Shown here: positions 30,832 through 43,258 of the stretch, piece by piece
Layout: each line of letters starts with the position of its first letter
How positions within the stretch are numbered: position 1 is the stretch's first letter
The notes under the pieces: generated by a model
Seen by the model: the letters and a program-made list of their open reading frames with translations, nothing else
Database searches by the model: none
Told to the model about the DNA's origin: nothing
Program-made: the position numbers and the translations under genes
Assembly: GCA_902493985.1 (NCBI GenBank)
Contig: CABURR010000003.1
Span: 7,210-71,209 of the forward strand
DNA length: 64,000 nt
Direction of reading: 5' to 3'
Source: an uncultured Collinsella sp.
Lineage (GTDB): Bacteria; Actinomycetota; Coriobacteriia; Coriobacteriales; Coriobacteriaceae

Positions 30832-32202
30832 TTACGCCACGCCATCGCGGGCAAGCTCCTCGGCCAACGCCTCGGCAGGCATGGCCATAATCGCGTCGAG
30901 CTCGGCGTCCACCTCGGGAATACGCTTCACCTTGAGCTTGCGCACCAGATCACCGCGACACATCACGTGCGTCGGCTCACACAGTGCGCACAGGTCATCG
31001 AGCGGATTCTTGCGCGTCACCAGGATATCGGCGGCCTTGCCGCACTCGATTGTGCCGGTCTCGCCGCCCAACCCCAGTAGCTCGGCATTGACCTGCGTGG
31101 CCGTATGCAGCGCGAAGGCGTTGCCCACGCCGACATACTTGGCAAAATAGGCCACCTCACGCCACATGTCGTACTGCGTCACGAACGGGCAGCTCGAGTC
31201 CGTGCCAAGGCCCACCTTAACGCCAGCTTCCAGTGCGGCACGGGCGCTCTCGATGATGCCCGAGCACACGATGTCGCCGTTCTTCTTTTGCGTATCGGTA
31301 GAATGGGTCTTTTTCGGGTCGAGCAATACAAACGGCAGCGCCGGGCTGATAGTGCAGGTCACACTCGGCGCACGCCCCTCGAGCTGTGTGCCCGCGGCGC
31401 CACGATACAGCTCCAAGATTTCGGGTGTCAACGGAGCGCCGTGCTCAATCGTGTCAACGCCGGCCTCAAGCGCGGCCTTCACGCCCTCGGTACTCTCGAC
31501 ATGGGCCATAACCGGAAGGCCCATATCGTGCGCCGCCTTGCATGCCGCCGCGGCAACCTCCACCGGCATACGCAGCACGCCCGGCTCGCCCACCTCGGTC
31601 GCATCGAACACGCCGCCCGTCACGAACAGCTTAATGACGTCGGCACCGCGCGCATACAGGTCGCGCACCTGTTCGGCTGCCTCGGCGGGACTGTTGGCCA
31701 CCTGGGCGAACAGGCCCGCACCATGGCCGCCCGGCACCGTGACGCCCGTTCCCGGCGCCACCAGGCGAGGACCTTGATACTTGCCGGCATCGATAGCATC
31801 GCGCACGGCCAGATCGGCAAACAGCGGGTCGCCCGCGCCGCGCACCGTGGTCACGCCGCTTGCCAGCTGCTGCTGAGCGCTGCCCTTGAGGATATGGCGC
31901 ACGATGGCGCGCCCCACGGGATTATCGAGCTTCTTCATCAGCGCGCCCGCATCGCCCGCCGAAACCGGTTTGCCCGAACCGCACAGATGCACATGCATAT
32001 TGATGAGGCCCGGCATGAGATACGCCCCTGCCAGGTCGATGACCTCGGCGCCCGCCGGCGCCTGCGCCACAGCACTCGGCCCCATCCATGTGATGACACC
32101 GCGCTCAACGGCCACGGCCATGTCGGGCTGCGGCTCCATATGTTCCGAACCATCCAGGACGGTCGCATTGATAAACAACGCGGAACGATCGGCAGACGCC
32201 AT
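30832..32202 (-). CDS. Metal-dependent amidohydrolase
   Basis: PGLINMHVH, GVTTVR, IKL, AHVE, IEHG, GTDS. Confidence 0.85.
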   Translation of the reverse strand: MASADRSALFINATVLDGSEHMEPQPDMAVAVERGVITWMGPSAVAQAPAGAEVIDLAGAYLMPGLINMHVHLCGSGKPVSAGDAGALMKKLDNPVGRAIVRHILKGSAQQQLASGVTTVRGAGDPLFADLAVRDAIDAGKYQGPRLVAPGTGVTVPGGHGAGLFAQVANSPAEAAEQVRDLYARGADVIKLFVTGGVFDATEVGEPGVLRMPVEVAAAACKAAHDMGLPVMAHVESTEGVKAALEAGVDTIEHGAPLTPEILELYRGAAGTQLEGRAPSVTCTISPALPFVLLDPKKTHSTDTQKKNGDIVCSGIIESARAALEAGVKVGLGTDSSCPFVTQYDMWREVAYFAKYVGVGNAFALHTATQVNAELLGLGGETGTIECGKAADILVTRKNPLDDLCALCEPTHVMCRGDLVRKLKVKRIPEVDAELDAIMAMPAEALAEELARDGVA

Positions 32203-32349
32203 ATCGAGCTCCTCCCTCACGATTAACTTGTACATCTGTCCATTATCACCTAGTCCAACAGGGTAGCTACGGACATATCGGCTAACGGAGGGAAGACGAC
32301 ATGCAAACAGATGGAGCCGAGCAACTCCACAGGCAAGGCGCCAGACAAA

Positions 32350-32408
32350 CATCTCAATCTGTAACAGTTACGGAGCAAAACCACCCCAGCACGTTTCAAA
32401 TCGAGACA
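32350..32408. repeat. Single 59-bp family A unit (degenerate right arm)
   Basis: CATCTCAATCTGTAACA-N25-CGTTTCAAATCGAGACA. Confidence 0.8.
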
Positions 32409-32431
32409 TTAGGCCGTCGGTCCAACGTCCC

Positions 32432-33139
32432 CTACTCCCATTCCTGCTCGTAGATGTTGAGCGACTTCACGTAGCGCCCCTGGGCGCCCATGATGTCGCG
32501 GACCAGACGCAGGTAGAAGCTGATGCGCGAGGTGTCAAAACCATCTTCCAAATCCTCTGGATGCACCGCACCCGGCCCATCGACCGCCGTGTCGCACAGG
32601 CGTGCAACGTCATACAGATAGAGCTGTCCCGCCGTCAGCCAGACATCGTCGACGCAGGCGAGGCGCACCGCAATCGCGCCGTCGCTCCAATGCTCCTTTT
32701 GCACGATATGCGGGTCGTAGACATCAAAGCGACGGTCGGTGCGCGTATCCTTCAGCGCAACCATGCCAGTCGCGGGATCCTTGTCCAAAATGCCAAAGCG
32801 CGAGAAATACTGTGTGTCGCGAATCTGCCCGAGCCGCTCGAGAGAAACAGGCGAAAGCGAAGCCGGGGGCTCGTCAACATACAGTTCAAGCAGCGTCGCA
32901 CCATGGCGATAGGGGCGCTCAAAGAGCAGCCAATCGGTAAATGCCATGTTATAAGCCATGATTTCGTTTTGCGAAGGCTCGGCACAATAGCTCAGCCACG
33001 GATCGACAATGATCTCGAACTGCTCGCGCGCCGGCTCCAAGAACTGGAACTTCCGCAGCATCCAAAAATGGGCCATGTCGGCAATATCGTTGCCGACGGC
33101 TTCGGCTAGCTGCGCCCGGTCTAAAACGTGGTCAGTCAT
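32432..33139 (-). CDS. Hypothetical protein
   Basis: 235-aa ORF with GAGGAGG RBS; no motif recognised. Confidence 0.7.
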   Translation of the reverse strand: MTDHVLDRAQLAEAVGNDIADMAHFWMLRKFQFLEPAREQFEIIVDPWLSYCAEPSQNEIMAYNMAFTDWLLFERPYRHGATLLELYVDEPPASLSPVSLERLGQIRDTQYFSRFGILDKDPATGMVALKDTRTDRRFDVYDPHIVQKEHWSDGAIAVRLACVDDVWLTAGQLYLYDVARLCDTAVDGPGAVHPEDLEDGFDTSRISFYLRLVRDIMGAQGRYVKSLNIYEQEWE

Positions 33140-33492
33140 GGCATCCTCCTCAAACTGATGGACCTCAGTTTGAGCTTACGAGGAGGGTGGGCAGCCACGA
33201 CCAGCGCGGGCAAAATAGGCCTCCGGCTGCAAACCAGATGCTGACCAAACACTTGACGGAATGCTTGACCGAATACGCGCACTGGAACAAAGCCGCAGGT
33301 AGGCATAGACAGCCAACCCGCCTTTTCGAGCCAAGCGTCCACAGCCGCCACAGAAACAACAGAGCACCGCAGCCCAAAAAGTCGACGAACGAACACCCCC
33401 ACGTCGGCAAACGAGCAAATCGCTCGCAAAGAGTGTCCCCAACGACTAGACAAAAAATGACTAGTCATTGGGGACGTTCTTAAATGACTACT

Positions 33493-34974
<1,482 letters not shown>

Positions 34975-34979
34975 GGCAC

Positions 34980-37900
34980 TTACGCCTCCTTCTTGGTCGA
35001 AGCAACAGAGCTGGCAGCCACGGACGCAGCACCCGCAGCACCGCCCGCAACATCGAAGCGAGCAACATCCGCGTCACTCGCGCGACCGGTCACAATGTCA
35101 AACGCCAGCTCCTCGGCCTGCGCATGCGTCTTGCCGACGGCCTCGGCGGCGGCGACAATCGCCAGCACGCGCTCGTACTCGGTCGGAATGACCTTCACAA
35201 AGTGTTTGCTCATCGTCTCAAAGCTGTAGAGCAGCTTAATGCCGCGCGGGCTCTGCGTCACGTCCACGTGCTCCTGGATGAGCTCGCGAATCTGCGCCAG
35301 CTCGCCGGCCGTCGGGGCTTTAAGCTCAACGCTCTCGTGGTTCACACGGGCATCGAGCGTGCCGTATTGGTCAAAGACATAAGCCACGCCACCCGTCATA
35401 CCGGCGGCGAAGTTCTGCCCGACCTCGCCCAGGATGAGCGCCAGACCGCCCGTCATGTACTCGCAGCCATGGTTGCCGCAGCCCTCGACCACCACGGTGG
35501 CACCGGAGTTGCGTACGCCAAAGCGCTGGCCGGCCAGACCGTTGATGAAGCCGCGGCCGCTCGTAGCGCCAAAGAACGCAACGTTGCCCACAATGATGTT
35601 CTCGTCGAACTTATAGGTCGCATGCGGGTTGGGGCGCACCGACACCTCGCCGCCCGAAAGGCCCTTGCCAAAGTAGTCGTTGGCGTCGCCGCACACGTTG
35701 AGCGTAATGCCACGCGGAAGGAACGCGCCAAAGCTCTGACCGGCTGAACCATCGCAATCGATGGTAATGGAGCCGGCGGGCAGGCCCTCGGGATGCGCCT
35801 TGGTCACCGCGTTGCCCAAAATGGTGCCCACGCAGCGGTTGACGTTGGCGATGTCGGCGCGGAAGCGAATCGGACGCAGGTGCGCACGGGCATCGGCCGT
35901 ATAGGGCACAAACAACGTGGAGTCGAGCGTCTTGTCGAGCTCGCTGTCCGCAGCCATCTGGGGCAGGAAGTGACGGCCGTCGGCACCCGGGATGTGGGCA
36001 CCAAACTCACAGGTCGCGCTCGCCAGCACGGGCGACAGATCCAGCAGGTTAGCCTTGCGGTTGCCCGGGACCTCGATCTGGCGCAGGCACTCGGGATGGC
36101 CGACCATCTCGTCGACCGTGCGGAAGCCCAGGCTCGCCATGACCTCGCGCAACTGCTCGGCAACAAAGAGCATAAAGCGCTCGACGTGCTCGGGCTTGCC
36201 GCGGAAGCCACGACGCAGGCGGCAGTTTTGCGTAGCGATGCCGGCCGGGCAGGTATCCTGCTGGCAGTCGCGCTGCATGAGGCAGCCCATAGAGATGAGC
36301 GGCATGGTCGCAAAGCCAAACTCCTCGGCGCCCAGCAGGCAGGCGACAGCAACATCGGTGCCGTCCATGAGCTTGCCATCGGCCTCGAGCACCACGCGCG
36401 AGCGCAGGCCGTTTTGCAGCAACGTCTGCTGGGCCTCGGCAAGGCCAAGCTCCAGCGGCAGGCCCGCATGCCAAATAGAGTCGCGCGCAGCGGCACCCGT
36501 GCCGCCATTGTGGCCGCTGATCAAGATCTTGTCGGCGGCACCCTTGGCCACACCGGTGGCGATGGTGCCGACACCGGCCTCGCTGACCAGCTTGACCGAC
36601 ACGCGCGCGCCGGGGTTGGCATTCTTAAGGTCAAAGATCAGCTCTGCCAGGTCCTCGATGGAGTAGATGTCGTGGTGCGGCGGAGGCGAGATCAGGCCGA
36701 TACCGGGCGTGGACTGACGGACTTCGGCGATCCAGGGGTAGACCTTCTTGCCGGGCAGGTGGCCGCCCTCGCCTGGCTTGGCGCCCTGGGCCATCTTGAT
36801 CTGAATCTCGAAGGCGCTGCACAGGTAGCGGCTCGTCACGCCAAAGCGCGCGCTTGCCACCTGCTTGATGGCGGAGTTCTTGGAGTCACCGTTAGCCAGC
36901 GGGGTCTCGCGGCGCGGATCCTCGCCGCCCTCGCCGGAGTTGGAACGGCCGTGCAGGCGGTTCATGGCGATGGCCATGCACTCGTGTGCCTCTTTGCTGA
37001 TGGAGCCGTACGACATGGCGCCGGTGTTAAAGCGGCGGACGATGTTGAGCGCGGGCTCGACCTCGTCGAGTGCCACCGGAGTGCGGCCGCTGGCATCAAA
37101 GTCCAGCAGGTCGCGCAGGCGCACGGCACGGCCGGTGCAGTGCAGGCGGGCGCTGTACTCCTTAAAGGTGTCGTAGCTGTCCTCACGGCAGGCGGTCTGC
37201 AGCAAGTAGACAGTCTGCGGATCGATAAGGTGATCCTCGCCGCCGAGCGGGCGCCACTTGGTCAGACCCAGCGTGGGCAGCTGATCGGGAGCCGGGCTCT
37301 TAAGGATAGCGAGCGCGGCATCGTAGCGCTCGTTTTGCTCGCGCTCGACGTCCTCGACGCCCATACCGCCCACACGGCTCACCGTGCCGGCGAAGTACGC
37401 GTTGACGAACTCCGGCGTAAAGCCCACGGCCTCGAAGATCTGCGCGGAGTGGTAGCTCTGCACCGTGGAGATGCCCATCTTGGACATGATGGAGACGATG
37501 CCCGCCGTCGCGGCCTTGTTGTAATTGGCGATGCCCTGCTCGGCCGTCACGTCCAGGTCGCCGCGTGCCGCCAGATTGCGGATGCACGCATGCGCGTTGT
37601 ACGGGTAGATGCCGCTTGCGGAGTAGCCCACCAGCGCCGCAAAGTCGTGCGGAGACACGGCATCGCCGCACTCCACCACGATATCGGCAAAGGTGCGCAC
37701 ACCGGCACGGATCAGGTGGTTGTGCACGCAGCCCACGGCGAGCAGCGACGGCACGGGTACCTCGCCCGCAGCGGCACGGTCGCTCAGCACCACGATGTTC
37801 ACGCCATCGCGAACCGCAGCCTCGACGTCTTCGGCAAGCTGCTTGAGCGCAGCCTGCAGCGCGCCCTCACCCGCGTCGCGGCGGTACACGGCACGGAACC

Positions 37901-39677
37901 GGCGGGTCTTAAAGCCAACACGGTCAATCGCGAAAATGCGGTCGAACTCCTCCTCGCTCAGCAGCGGGCGCTCCAGGCGCACCAGCTGGCAGGCCGTACG
38001 GGAGTCCTCGAGCAAGTTGCCGTGGTTGCCCAGGTAGAGCGTGGTCGAAGTCACCATGTGCTCGCGCAGGGCATCAATCGGCGGATTCGTGACTTGGGCG
38101 AACAGCTGATAGAAGTAATCGAAGAACGAGCGCGTCTTCTTGGACAGGCAGGCCAGCGGCGCATCGATGCCCATCGAAGCGAGCGGTGCCTTGCCCTGCT
38201 GGGCCATAGGACGCACGACCTCGTCGACGTCATCCCAGTGGTAGCCGAGCTTGGCCATACGCACGGCGGCGGGCACCTCGGCATCCTCGGCGGGCGCGGG
38301 CGCGGCGGGCTTGTCGAGCACGTCGACGGTCAGCGTCTCCTCGGCAATCCAGTCGCGGTAGGGCTTTTCCTTGGCATAGCGGGCGCGCAGCTCGTCGTTG
38401 TAGATGACGCGCCCGCGGGCAAAGTCGACCTCGAGCATCTGGCCCGGTCCCAGGCAGCCGCTCGTCAGGATGTTCTCGGGGCTCACCTCGATGGTGCCCA
38501 CCTCGCTTGCCAGCATAAAGCGACCGTCGCGCGTCACATAGTAGCGGGCGGGACGCAGGCCGTTACGGTCGAGGGCGGCACCCAGCGTGCGACCGTCGGT
38601 AAAGGCGATGGCGGCCGGACCGTCCCACGGCTCCATGAGCATGGACTGGTAAGCGTCGTAGGCGCGGCGCTCCTCACTCAGGCTGTCGTTGTGGTCCCAC
38701 GGCTCGGGCAGCAGCATGGATGCGGCACGCGTAAGCGGGCGACCGTTCATGACCAGGAACTCGAGCACGTTATCCAGAATCGCGGAGTCGGAACCCTCGC
38801 GGTTGATGATGGGCATCACGCGCTCAAGATCGTGCTGCAGCACGGGGCTGTACAGGTTGGGCTCGCGGGCGCGGATCCAGTTGACGTTGCCCTTGAGGGT
38901 GTTAATCTCGCCGTTGTGGATGATAAAGCGGTTGGGGTGCGCGCGCTCCCAGCTGGGCGTGGTGTTGGTGGAGTAGCGCGAGTGGACGAGCGCCACGGCC
39001 GTCTTGACGGCGGCGTCGTTGAGGTCGATGAAGAAGCGGCGCATCTGCGTGGCGACCAGCATGCCCTTGTACACGATGGTGCGCGAGCTCATGGAGCACA
39101 CATAGAAGATCTTGTCGCGCAGGGCAAACTCGGCGTCGGCCTTCTTTTCGATGGTGCGGCGGCACACGTACAGGCGACGCTCAAAGGCGTCGCCCGCCGG
39201 CGTGTCGTCGGGACGGCCCAGAAAGGCCTGCAGGATGGTAGGCATACAGGCGCGGGCCGTCTCGCCCAGGTCGTGCGGATCGACCGGCACCTCGCGCCAA
39301 AAGAGCAGCGGCACGCCGGCCTCGGCACAGCCCTCCTCAAACACGCGGCGGGCATCCTCTACGCCCTTGTCGTCCTGCGGGAAGAACAGCATGGCCACGC
39401 CATAGTCGCCCTCTGCCGGCAGAATCTGGCCGCACTTTTGGGCCTCTTTACGGAAAAAGTGATGCGGAACCTGGAACAGGATGCCAGCGCCGTCGCCGGT
39501 GTTCTTCTCGAGTCCCGTGCCGCCGCGGTGCTCCAAGTTGACCAGAATGGACAGTGCATCGTCCAGAATCTGGTGATGGCGCTCGCCGTTGATATCGGCA
39601 AGTGCGCCGATGCCACATGCATCGTGGTCGAATTCGGGGCGATAAAGGCCCTGCTGCTGAGCGGAATCTGCCTGCAT
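34980..39677 (-). CDS. gltB: Glutamate synthase large subunit
   Basis: HDACGIG amidotransferase Cys, HNGEINT, AQGAKPGEGG, CLMQRDCQQDTC, GXGXG domain. Confidence 0.96.
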   Translation of the reverse strand: MQADSAQQQGLYRPEFDHDACGIGALADINGERHHQILDDALSILVNLEHRGGTGLEKNTGDGAGILFQVPHHFFRKEAQKCGQILPAEGDYGVAMLFFPQDDKGVEDARRVFEEGCAEAGVPLLFWREVPVDPHDLGETARACMPTILQAFLGRPDDTPAGDAFERRLYVCRRTIEKKADAEFALRDKIFYVCSMSSRTIVYKGMLVATQMRRFFIDLNDAAVKTAVALVHSRYSTNTTPSWERAHPNRFIIHNGEINTLKGNVNWIRAREPNLYSPVLQHDLERVMPIINREGSDSAILDNVLEFLVMNGRPLTRAASMLLPEPWDHNDSLSEERRAYDAYQSMLMEPWDGPAAIAFTDGRTLGAALDRNGLRPARYYVTRDGRFMLASEVGTIEVSPENILTSGCLGPGQMLEVDFARGRVIYNDELRARYAKEKPYRDWIAEETLTVDVLDKPAAPAPAEDAEVPAAVRMAKLGYHWDDVDEVVRPMAQQGKAPLASMGIDAPLACLSKKTRSFFDYFYQLFAQVTNPPIDALREHMVTSTTLYLGNHGNLLEDSRTACQLVRLERPLLSEEEFDRIFAIDRVGFKTRRFRAVYRRDAGEGALQAALKQLAEDVEAAVRDGVNIVVLSDRAAAGEVPVPSLLAVGCVHNHLIRAGVRTFADIVVECGDAVSPHDFAALVGYSASGIYPYNAHACIRNLAARGDLDVTAEQGIANYNKAATAGIVSIMSKMGISTVQSYHSAQIFEAVGFTPEFVNAYFAGTVSRVGGMGVEDVEREQNERYDAALAILKSPAPDQLPTLGLTKWRPLGGEDHLIDPQTVYLLQTACREDSYDTFKEYSARLHCTGRAVRLRDLLDFDASGRTPVALDEVEPALNIVRRFNTGAMSYGSISKEAHECMAIAMNRLHGRSNSGEGGEDPRRETPLANGDSKNSAIKQVASARFGVTSRYLCSAFEIQIKMAQGAKPGEGGHLPGKKVYPWIAEVRQSTPGIGLISPPPHHDIYSIEDLAELIFDLKNANPGARVSVKLVSEAGVGTIATGVAKGAADKILISGHNGGTGAAARDSIWHAGLPLELGLAEAQQTLLQNGLRSRVVLEADGKLMDGTDVAVACLLGAEEFGFATMPLISMGCLMQRDCQQDTCPAGIATQNCRLRRGFRGKPEHVERFMLFVAEQLREVMASLGFRTVDEMVGHPECLRQIEVPGNRKANLLDLSPVLASATCEFGAHIPGADGRHFLPQMAADSELDKTLDSTLFVPYTADARAHLRPIRFRADIANVNRCVGTILGNAVTKAHPEGLPAGSITIDCDGSAGQSFGAFLPRGITLNVCGDANDYFGKGLSGGEVSVRPNPHATYKFDENIIVGNVAFFGATSGRGFINGLAGQRFGVRNSGATVVVEGCGNHGCEYMTGGLALILGEVGQNFAAGMTGGVAYVFDQYGTLDARVNHESVELKAPTAGELAQIRELIQEHVDVTQSPRGIKLLYSFETMSKHFVKVIPTEYERVLAIVAAAEAVGKTHAQAEELAFDIVTGRASDADVARFDVAGGAAGAASVAASSVASTKKEA

Positions 39678-39860
39678 CGCGATCCTCCCCTAGATATTTA
39701 GACAGTCAGTTGACTAGGCATACTAGGAGCATCGCCGGCCCGTTGTGTTTCCCACCCGTTTCGAAACAATCGCGTAACGCGCGCCCTACGAGTGGACACC
39801 GCCGACCTCAAGGGCGACAACATAGGCCCCAAGTTCGGCCTGCAAACTCACCTCTTCAAA

Positions 39861-39919
39861 CGTCTCAATCTGTAACACCTAGACCCAATTTCCATCCCTA
39901 GTTGTTACAGATCAAGACA
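39861..39919. repeat. Single 59-bp family A unit
   Basis: CGTCTCAATCTGTAACA-N25-TGTTACAGATCAAGACA. Confidence 0.88.
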
Positions 39920-40057
39920 TTTCGGTAACCCCCCTTTCACCATCCTATTCAAATACAATAATTTTGTTAGTCTTGGTTAACTTTTGAGCCTAAAACGGGT
40001 ATCCTTTGCGGCGTCAAACAAACGGCACGCATGCCGTGCCACATTAAGGAGGCCCCT

Positions 40058-40831
40058 ATGGCAAACCAGACAGACCGGCAGACGATCCAACTCGTCCTTA
40101 TCCGCCACGGAGAGTCGGAGTGGAACAAACTCAACCTGTTCACCGGCTGGACCGACGTAGAGCTCACCGACACGGGCCGCGAAGAAGCCGCCGCAGGCGG
40201 TCGAGCCCTCAAAGAAGCCGGTTTCGACTTTGACGTCTGCTACACTTCGCGCCTCAAGCGCGCGATCCACACCCTCAACATCGTGCTCGGCCAAATGGAT
40301 CGCGAGTGGCTGCCCGTCATCAAATCCTGGAAGCTCAACGAGCGCCACTACGGCGCGTTGCAGGGTCTCAACAAGGCCGATGCCGCGGCGGAGCACGGCG
40401 ACGAACAGGTGCTCATCTGGCGCCGCTCCTTCGATATCTGCCCGCCGGCACTCGAGCCGAACGACGCGCGCGATCCCCACACCCAGGAGCAATACCGTGA
40501 TGTCGCACCCGACCAGCTGCCCTACACCGAGTGCCTCAAGGACACGATAGCCCGTGCCTGGCCTTATTTCGAAGACGAGATTCGCCCCCAGATGCTCGCC
40601 GGCAAGCGCGTACTCATCGCCGCACACGGCAACTCCCTGCGCTCTCTCGTCATGAAGTTCGAGCACCTCACGCCCGAGGAGATCCTCAAGGTCAACATCC
40701 CCACCGGCGTGCCGCTCGTTTACACCTTCGACACCGATTTCAACGTCCTCGACAAGCGCTACATCGGCGACCCGGCGACCATCGCCGCCAAGATCGACGA
40801 CGTGGCCAACCAAGGCAAGGCGCGCAGGTAA
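40058..40831 (+). CDS. gpmA: 2,3-BPG-dependent phosphoglycerate mutase
   Basis: LIRHGESEWN, NERHYG, AHGNSLR. Confidence 0.95.
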   Translation: MANQTDRQTIQLVLIRHGESEWNKLNLFTGWTDVELTDTGREEAAAGGRALKEAGFDFDVCYTSRLKRAIHTLNIVLGQMDREWLPVIKSWKLNERHYGALQGLNKADAAAEHGDEQVLIWRRSFDICPPALEPNDARDPHTQEQYRDVAPDQLPYTECLKDTIARAWPYFEDEIRPQMLAGKRVLIAAHGNSLRSLVMKFEHLTPEEILKVNIPTGVPLVYTFDTDFNVLDKRYIGDPATIAAKIDDVANQGKARR

Positions 40832-40906
40832 CCCCAACCCAAACCCGACGCGTGGCGCCGCATGACCCAGATGCGACGCCACGCCGCCCATACACAGGAG
40901 CGCACC

Positions 40907-42163
40907 ATGCTCAACCATCTCAAACAACACTTTGGCTCCCGACGCACCGGTGGTCACGGAGGCCTAGACATTGCGCGGCACATCGGCCCCGGGCTGCTCG
41001 TGACCGTCGGCTTTATCGACCCGGGCAACTGGGCCTCCAATATGGCCGCGGGCTCGCAGTTTGGCTACGCGCTGCTGTGGATCGTCACACTGTCCACGAT
41101 TATGCTCATCGCGTTGCAGCACAACGCGGCGCACCTGGGCATCGCCACGGGCACCTGTCTTGCCGAGGCCACGACACGCTACCTCCCCCGCATCGTGGGA
41201 CGCGCGGTACTCGCCAGTGCCTACCTCGCGACCATCGCCACCGCTATGGCCGAGGTCCTGGGCGGCGCGATCGCGCTCCAGATGCTCTTTGGACTGCCCG
41301 TGCGCGCCGGCTGCGTCATCGTGGCCGCGGCATCGATGGCAATGCTCATGACGAACTCCTACAAGCGTGCCGAGCGCTGGATCATCGCCTTCGTCGGCGT
41401 GGTAGGACTCTCGTTTTTGGCCGAGCTTGCGCTAGTCAAGGTCGACTGGCCGCAAGCCGCCGCAAGCTGGATCACGCCCAGTATGCCCACTGGCTCTGCC
41501 GCGATTATCGTGAGTGTCCTGGGTGCGGTCGTTATGCCCCACAACCTTTTTCTGCACTCCGAGGTCATCCAATCCATGCACTTCGAAGGCCAAGGCGAGC
41601 AAGTTATCGAGGAACGTCTGCGCTACGAGCTCTTCGACACGCTCTTTTCGATGGGCGTGGGCTGGGCAATCAACTCGGCCATGGTCATCCTGGCCGCAAC
41701 GACCTTCTTTGCGCACGGCATTGTCGTAGACGACCTCGCAGTCGCAGCGGCCACGCTCTCCCCCATTCTGGGCCCGGCAAGCTCGGCCATCTTTGCGGTG
41801 GCACTGCTGTTTGCGGGTATATCGAGTAGTGTGACGGCGGGCATGGCGGCGGGCACCATCACCGCAGGCATGTTCGACGAGGAATACGACATCCACGACC
41901 GACATTCCTCGATCGGGGTGGCGGCTTGTTTCGTCGGCGCAGTGGCGGCGTGCTTGGTCGTCCCGAATCCTTTTGAGGGTCTCATCTGGAGTCAGGCGCT
42001 GCTGTCGCTTCAGTTGCCGATTACGGTCTTTGTGCTCATACGACTCACCAGTTCGCCCCGCGTTATGGGCAAATACGCCAACTCGCGCCCGCTCAACGCG
42101 CTGCTCGTAGGGATCGGCGTCATCGTGACGATTCTCGACATCGTGCTGCTAACGGGGATGTAA
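40907..42163 (+). CDS. mntH: Nramp divalent metal transporter
   Basis: DPGN and MPHNLFLHS. Confidence 0.88.
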   Translation: MLNHLKQHFGSRRTGGHGGLDIARHIGPGLLVTVGFIDPGNWASNMAAGSQFGYALLWIVTLSTIMLIALQHNAAHLGIATGTCLAEATTRYLPRIVGRAVLASAYLATIATAMAEVLGGAIALQMLFGLPVRAGCVIVAAASMAMLMTNSYKRAERWIIAFVGVVGLSFLAELALVKVDWPQAAASWITPSMPTGSAAIIVSVLGAVVMPHNLFLHSEVIQSMHFEGQGEQVIEERLRYELFDTLFSMGVGWAINSAMVILAATTFFAHGIVVDDLAVAAATLSPILGPASSAIFAVALLFAGISSSVTAGMAAGTITAGMFDEEYDIHDRHSSIGVAACFVGAVAACLVVPNPFEGLIWSQALLSLQLPITVFVLIRLTSSPRVMGKYANSRPLNALLVGIGVIVTILDIVLLTGM

Positions 42164-42191
42164 TTGGGATGGCGTGACTGTCCAGATATAA

Positions 42192-42208
42192 CGTCTCAAT
42201 CTGTAACA
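42192..42208. repeat. Half family A unit
   Basis: CGTCTCAATCTGTAACA with no partner arm. Confidence 0.7.
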
Positions 42209-42315
42209 CGTGAGACCGTTTTAAACCGTCAGATAAATCAAAAGGGTCCCGGCCGAGAATTCGACCGGGACCCTTGGACAGAGCTACATGTTGTTGCAAG
42301 TCGTGTGTCTACGAG

Positions 42316-42459
42316 CTACTCCTCGACAAGCTCAAACTCATCGGGGCCGACGCCGCAGACCGGGCACACGTAGTCCTCGGGCAGCTCGGGCGTGTCGACC
42401 TCAACCTCGTAACCGCAAACGGTGCACACAAACTTATACGTCTTCTTCTCCTCAGCCAT
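42316..42459 (-). CDS. Rubredoxin
   Basis: CTVCGY...CPVCG. Confidence 0.88.
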   Translation of the reverse strand: MAEEKKTYKFVCTVCGYEVEVDTPELPEDYVCPVCGVGPDEFELVEE

Positions 42460-42548
42460 GATGTTCTCCTCTCGAACGCGACTGGTGATGTACTTCATTT
42501 ATTAGTATAGATTCTCAATAATATAATGCAAGTATTTTTAGAACATTT

Positions 42549-43052
42549 CTAGCCTTGATATGAGGACGCCTTCGGAGGCGTCTTGCCCTTCAGGACCTTA
42601 TGGTAGTAATCGTAGGTGAGCGGTGTCTCGTCGCTCAAGCGCTCGGCATCCTCAACCTCGCCGATAAACAGTAGATGCGTGCCCACATCCACGGTGTCGA
42701 TCAGACGGCAGCTAAACAGCGCTGCCGCGTGCTCGGGAACATAGGGCATACCCAGTGCGGTCTCGCGCGTCTCGTACTTGGCAAACTTGTCGTAATCGCT
42801 GCTGGTGCGGAAGCCAAAATTGCCGATATAGAGCATGTCGGCGGTCTGGTCAATCACGGTCAGCGCAAAGGCCTTGGCAGATGCAATAACGCCAGACGTG
42901 ACATTTTCCTTGTTCACGGCAACCGAAATACGCGGCGGCATGGACGTCACCTGCACCGCAGTGTTGATGACGCAGCCGGCGCGCAACCCTTCTGCCGCAG
43001 CGCTCACCACGTACAGACCGCTCGGCATGGTAAAGAACGCAGTTTTGTCCAT
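42549..43052 (-). CDS. Flavin reductase family protein
   Basis: GLYVVS, GCVINT, GTHLLFIGEV, LTYDYYH. Confidence 0.85.
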   Translation of the reverse strand: MDKTAFFTMPSGLYVVSAAAEGLRAGCVINTAVQVTSMPPRISVAVNKENVTSGVIASAKAFALTVIDQTADMLYIGNFGFRTSSDYDKFAKYETRETALGMPYVPEHAAALFSCRLIDTVDVGTHLLFIGEVEDAERLSDETPLTYDYYHKVLKGKTPPKASSYQG

Positions 43053-43179
43053 AACGATCACTCCCCTAGCTCGGGTTGGAACCTCATGAATGTATGTACC
43101 CACAAAAAAGGCGGCACCCATAACGGACGCCGCCTTTGAGACATATGTGTCAGAACAGTAAGAAAGATGAGACGCCCGC

Positions 43180-43246
43180 AGTTGCGGTGAAATAGGGACT
43201 GAATAGCCCCTCAAACAGGCAAAACAGTCCGTATTCCACCGCAACT
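43180..43246. repeat. 67-bp palindromic unit (family B)
   Basis: AGTTGCGGTGAAATAGGGACTG-N23-CAGTCCGTATTCCACCGCAACT. Confidence 0.85.
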
Positions 43247-43258
43247 TATACAGAGTGC

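Noticed and set aside
42497..42530. Fur/PerR-like box upstream of rubredoxin
   Set aside because: AT-rich and plausible, but the match is too degenerate to support by eye.
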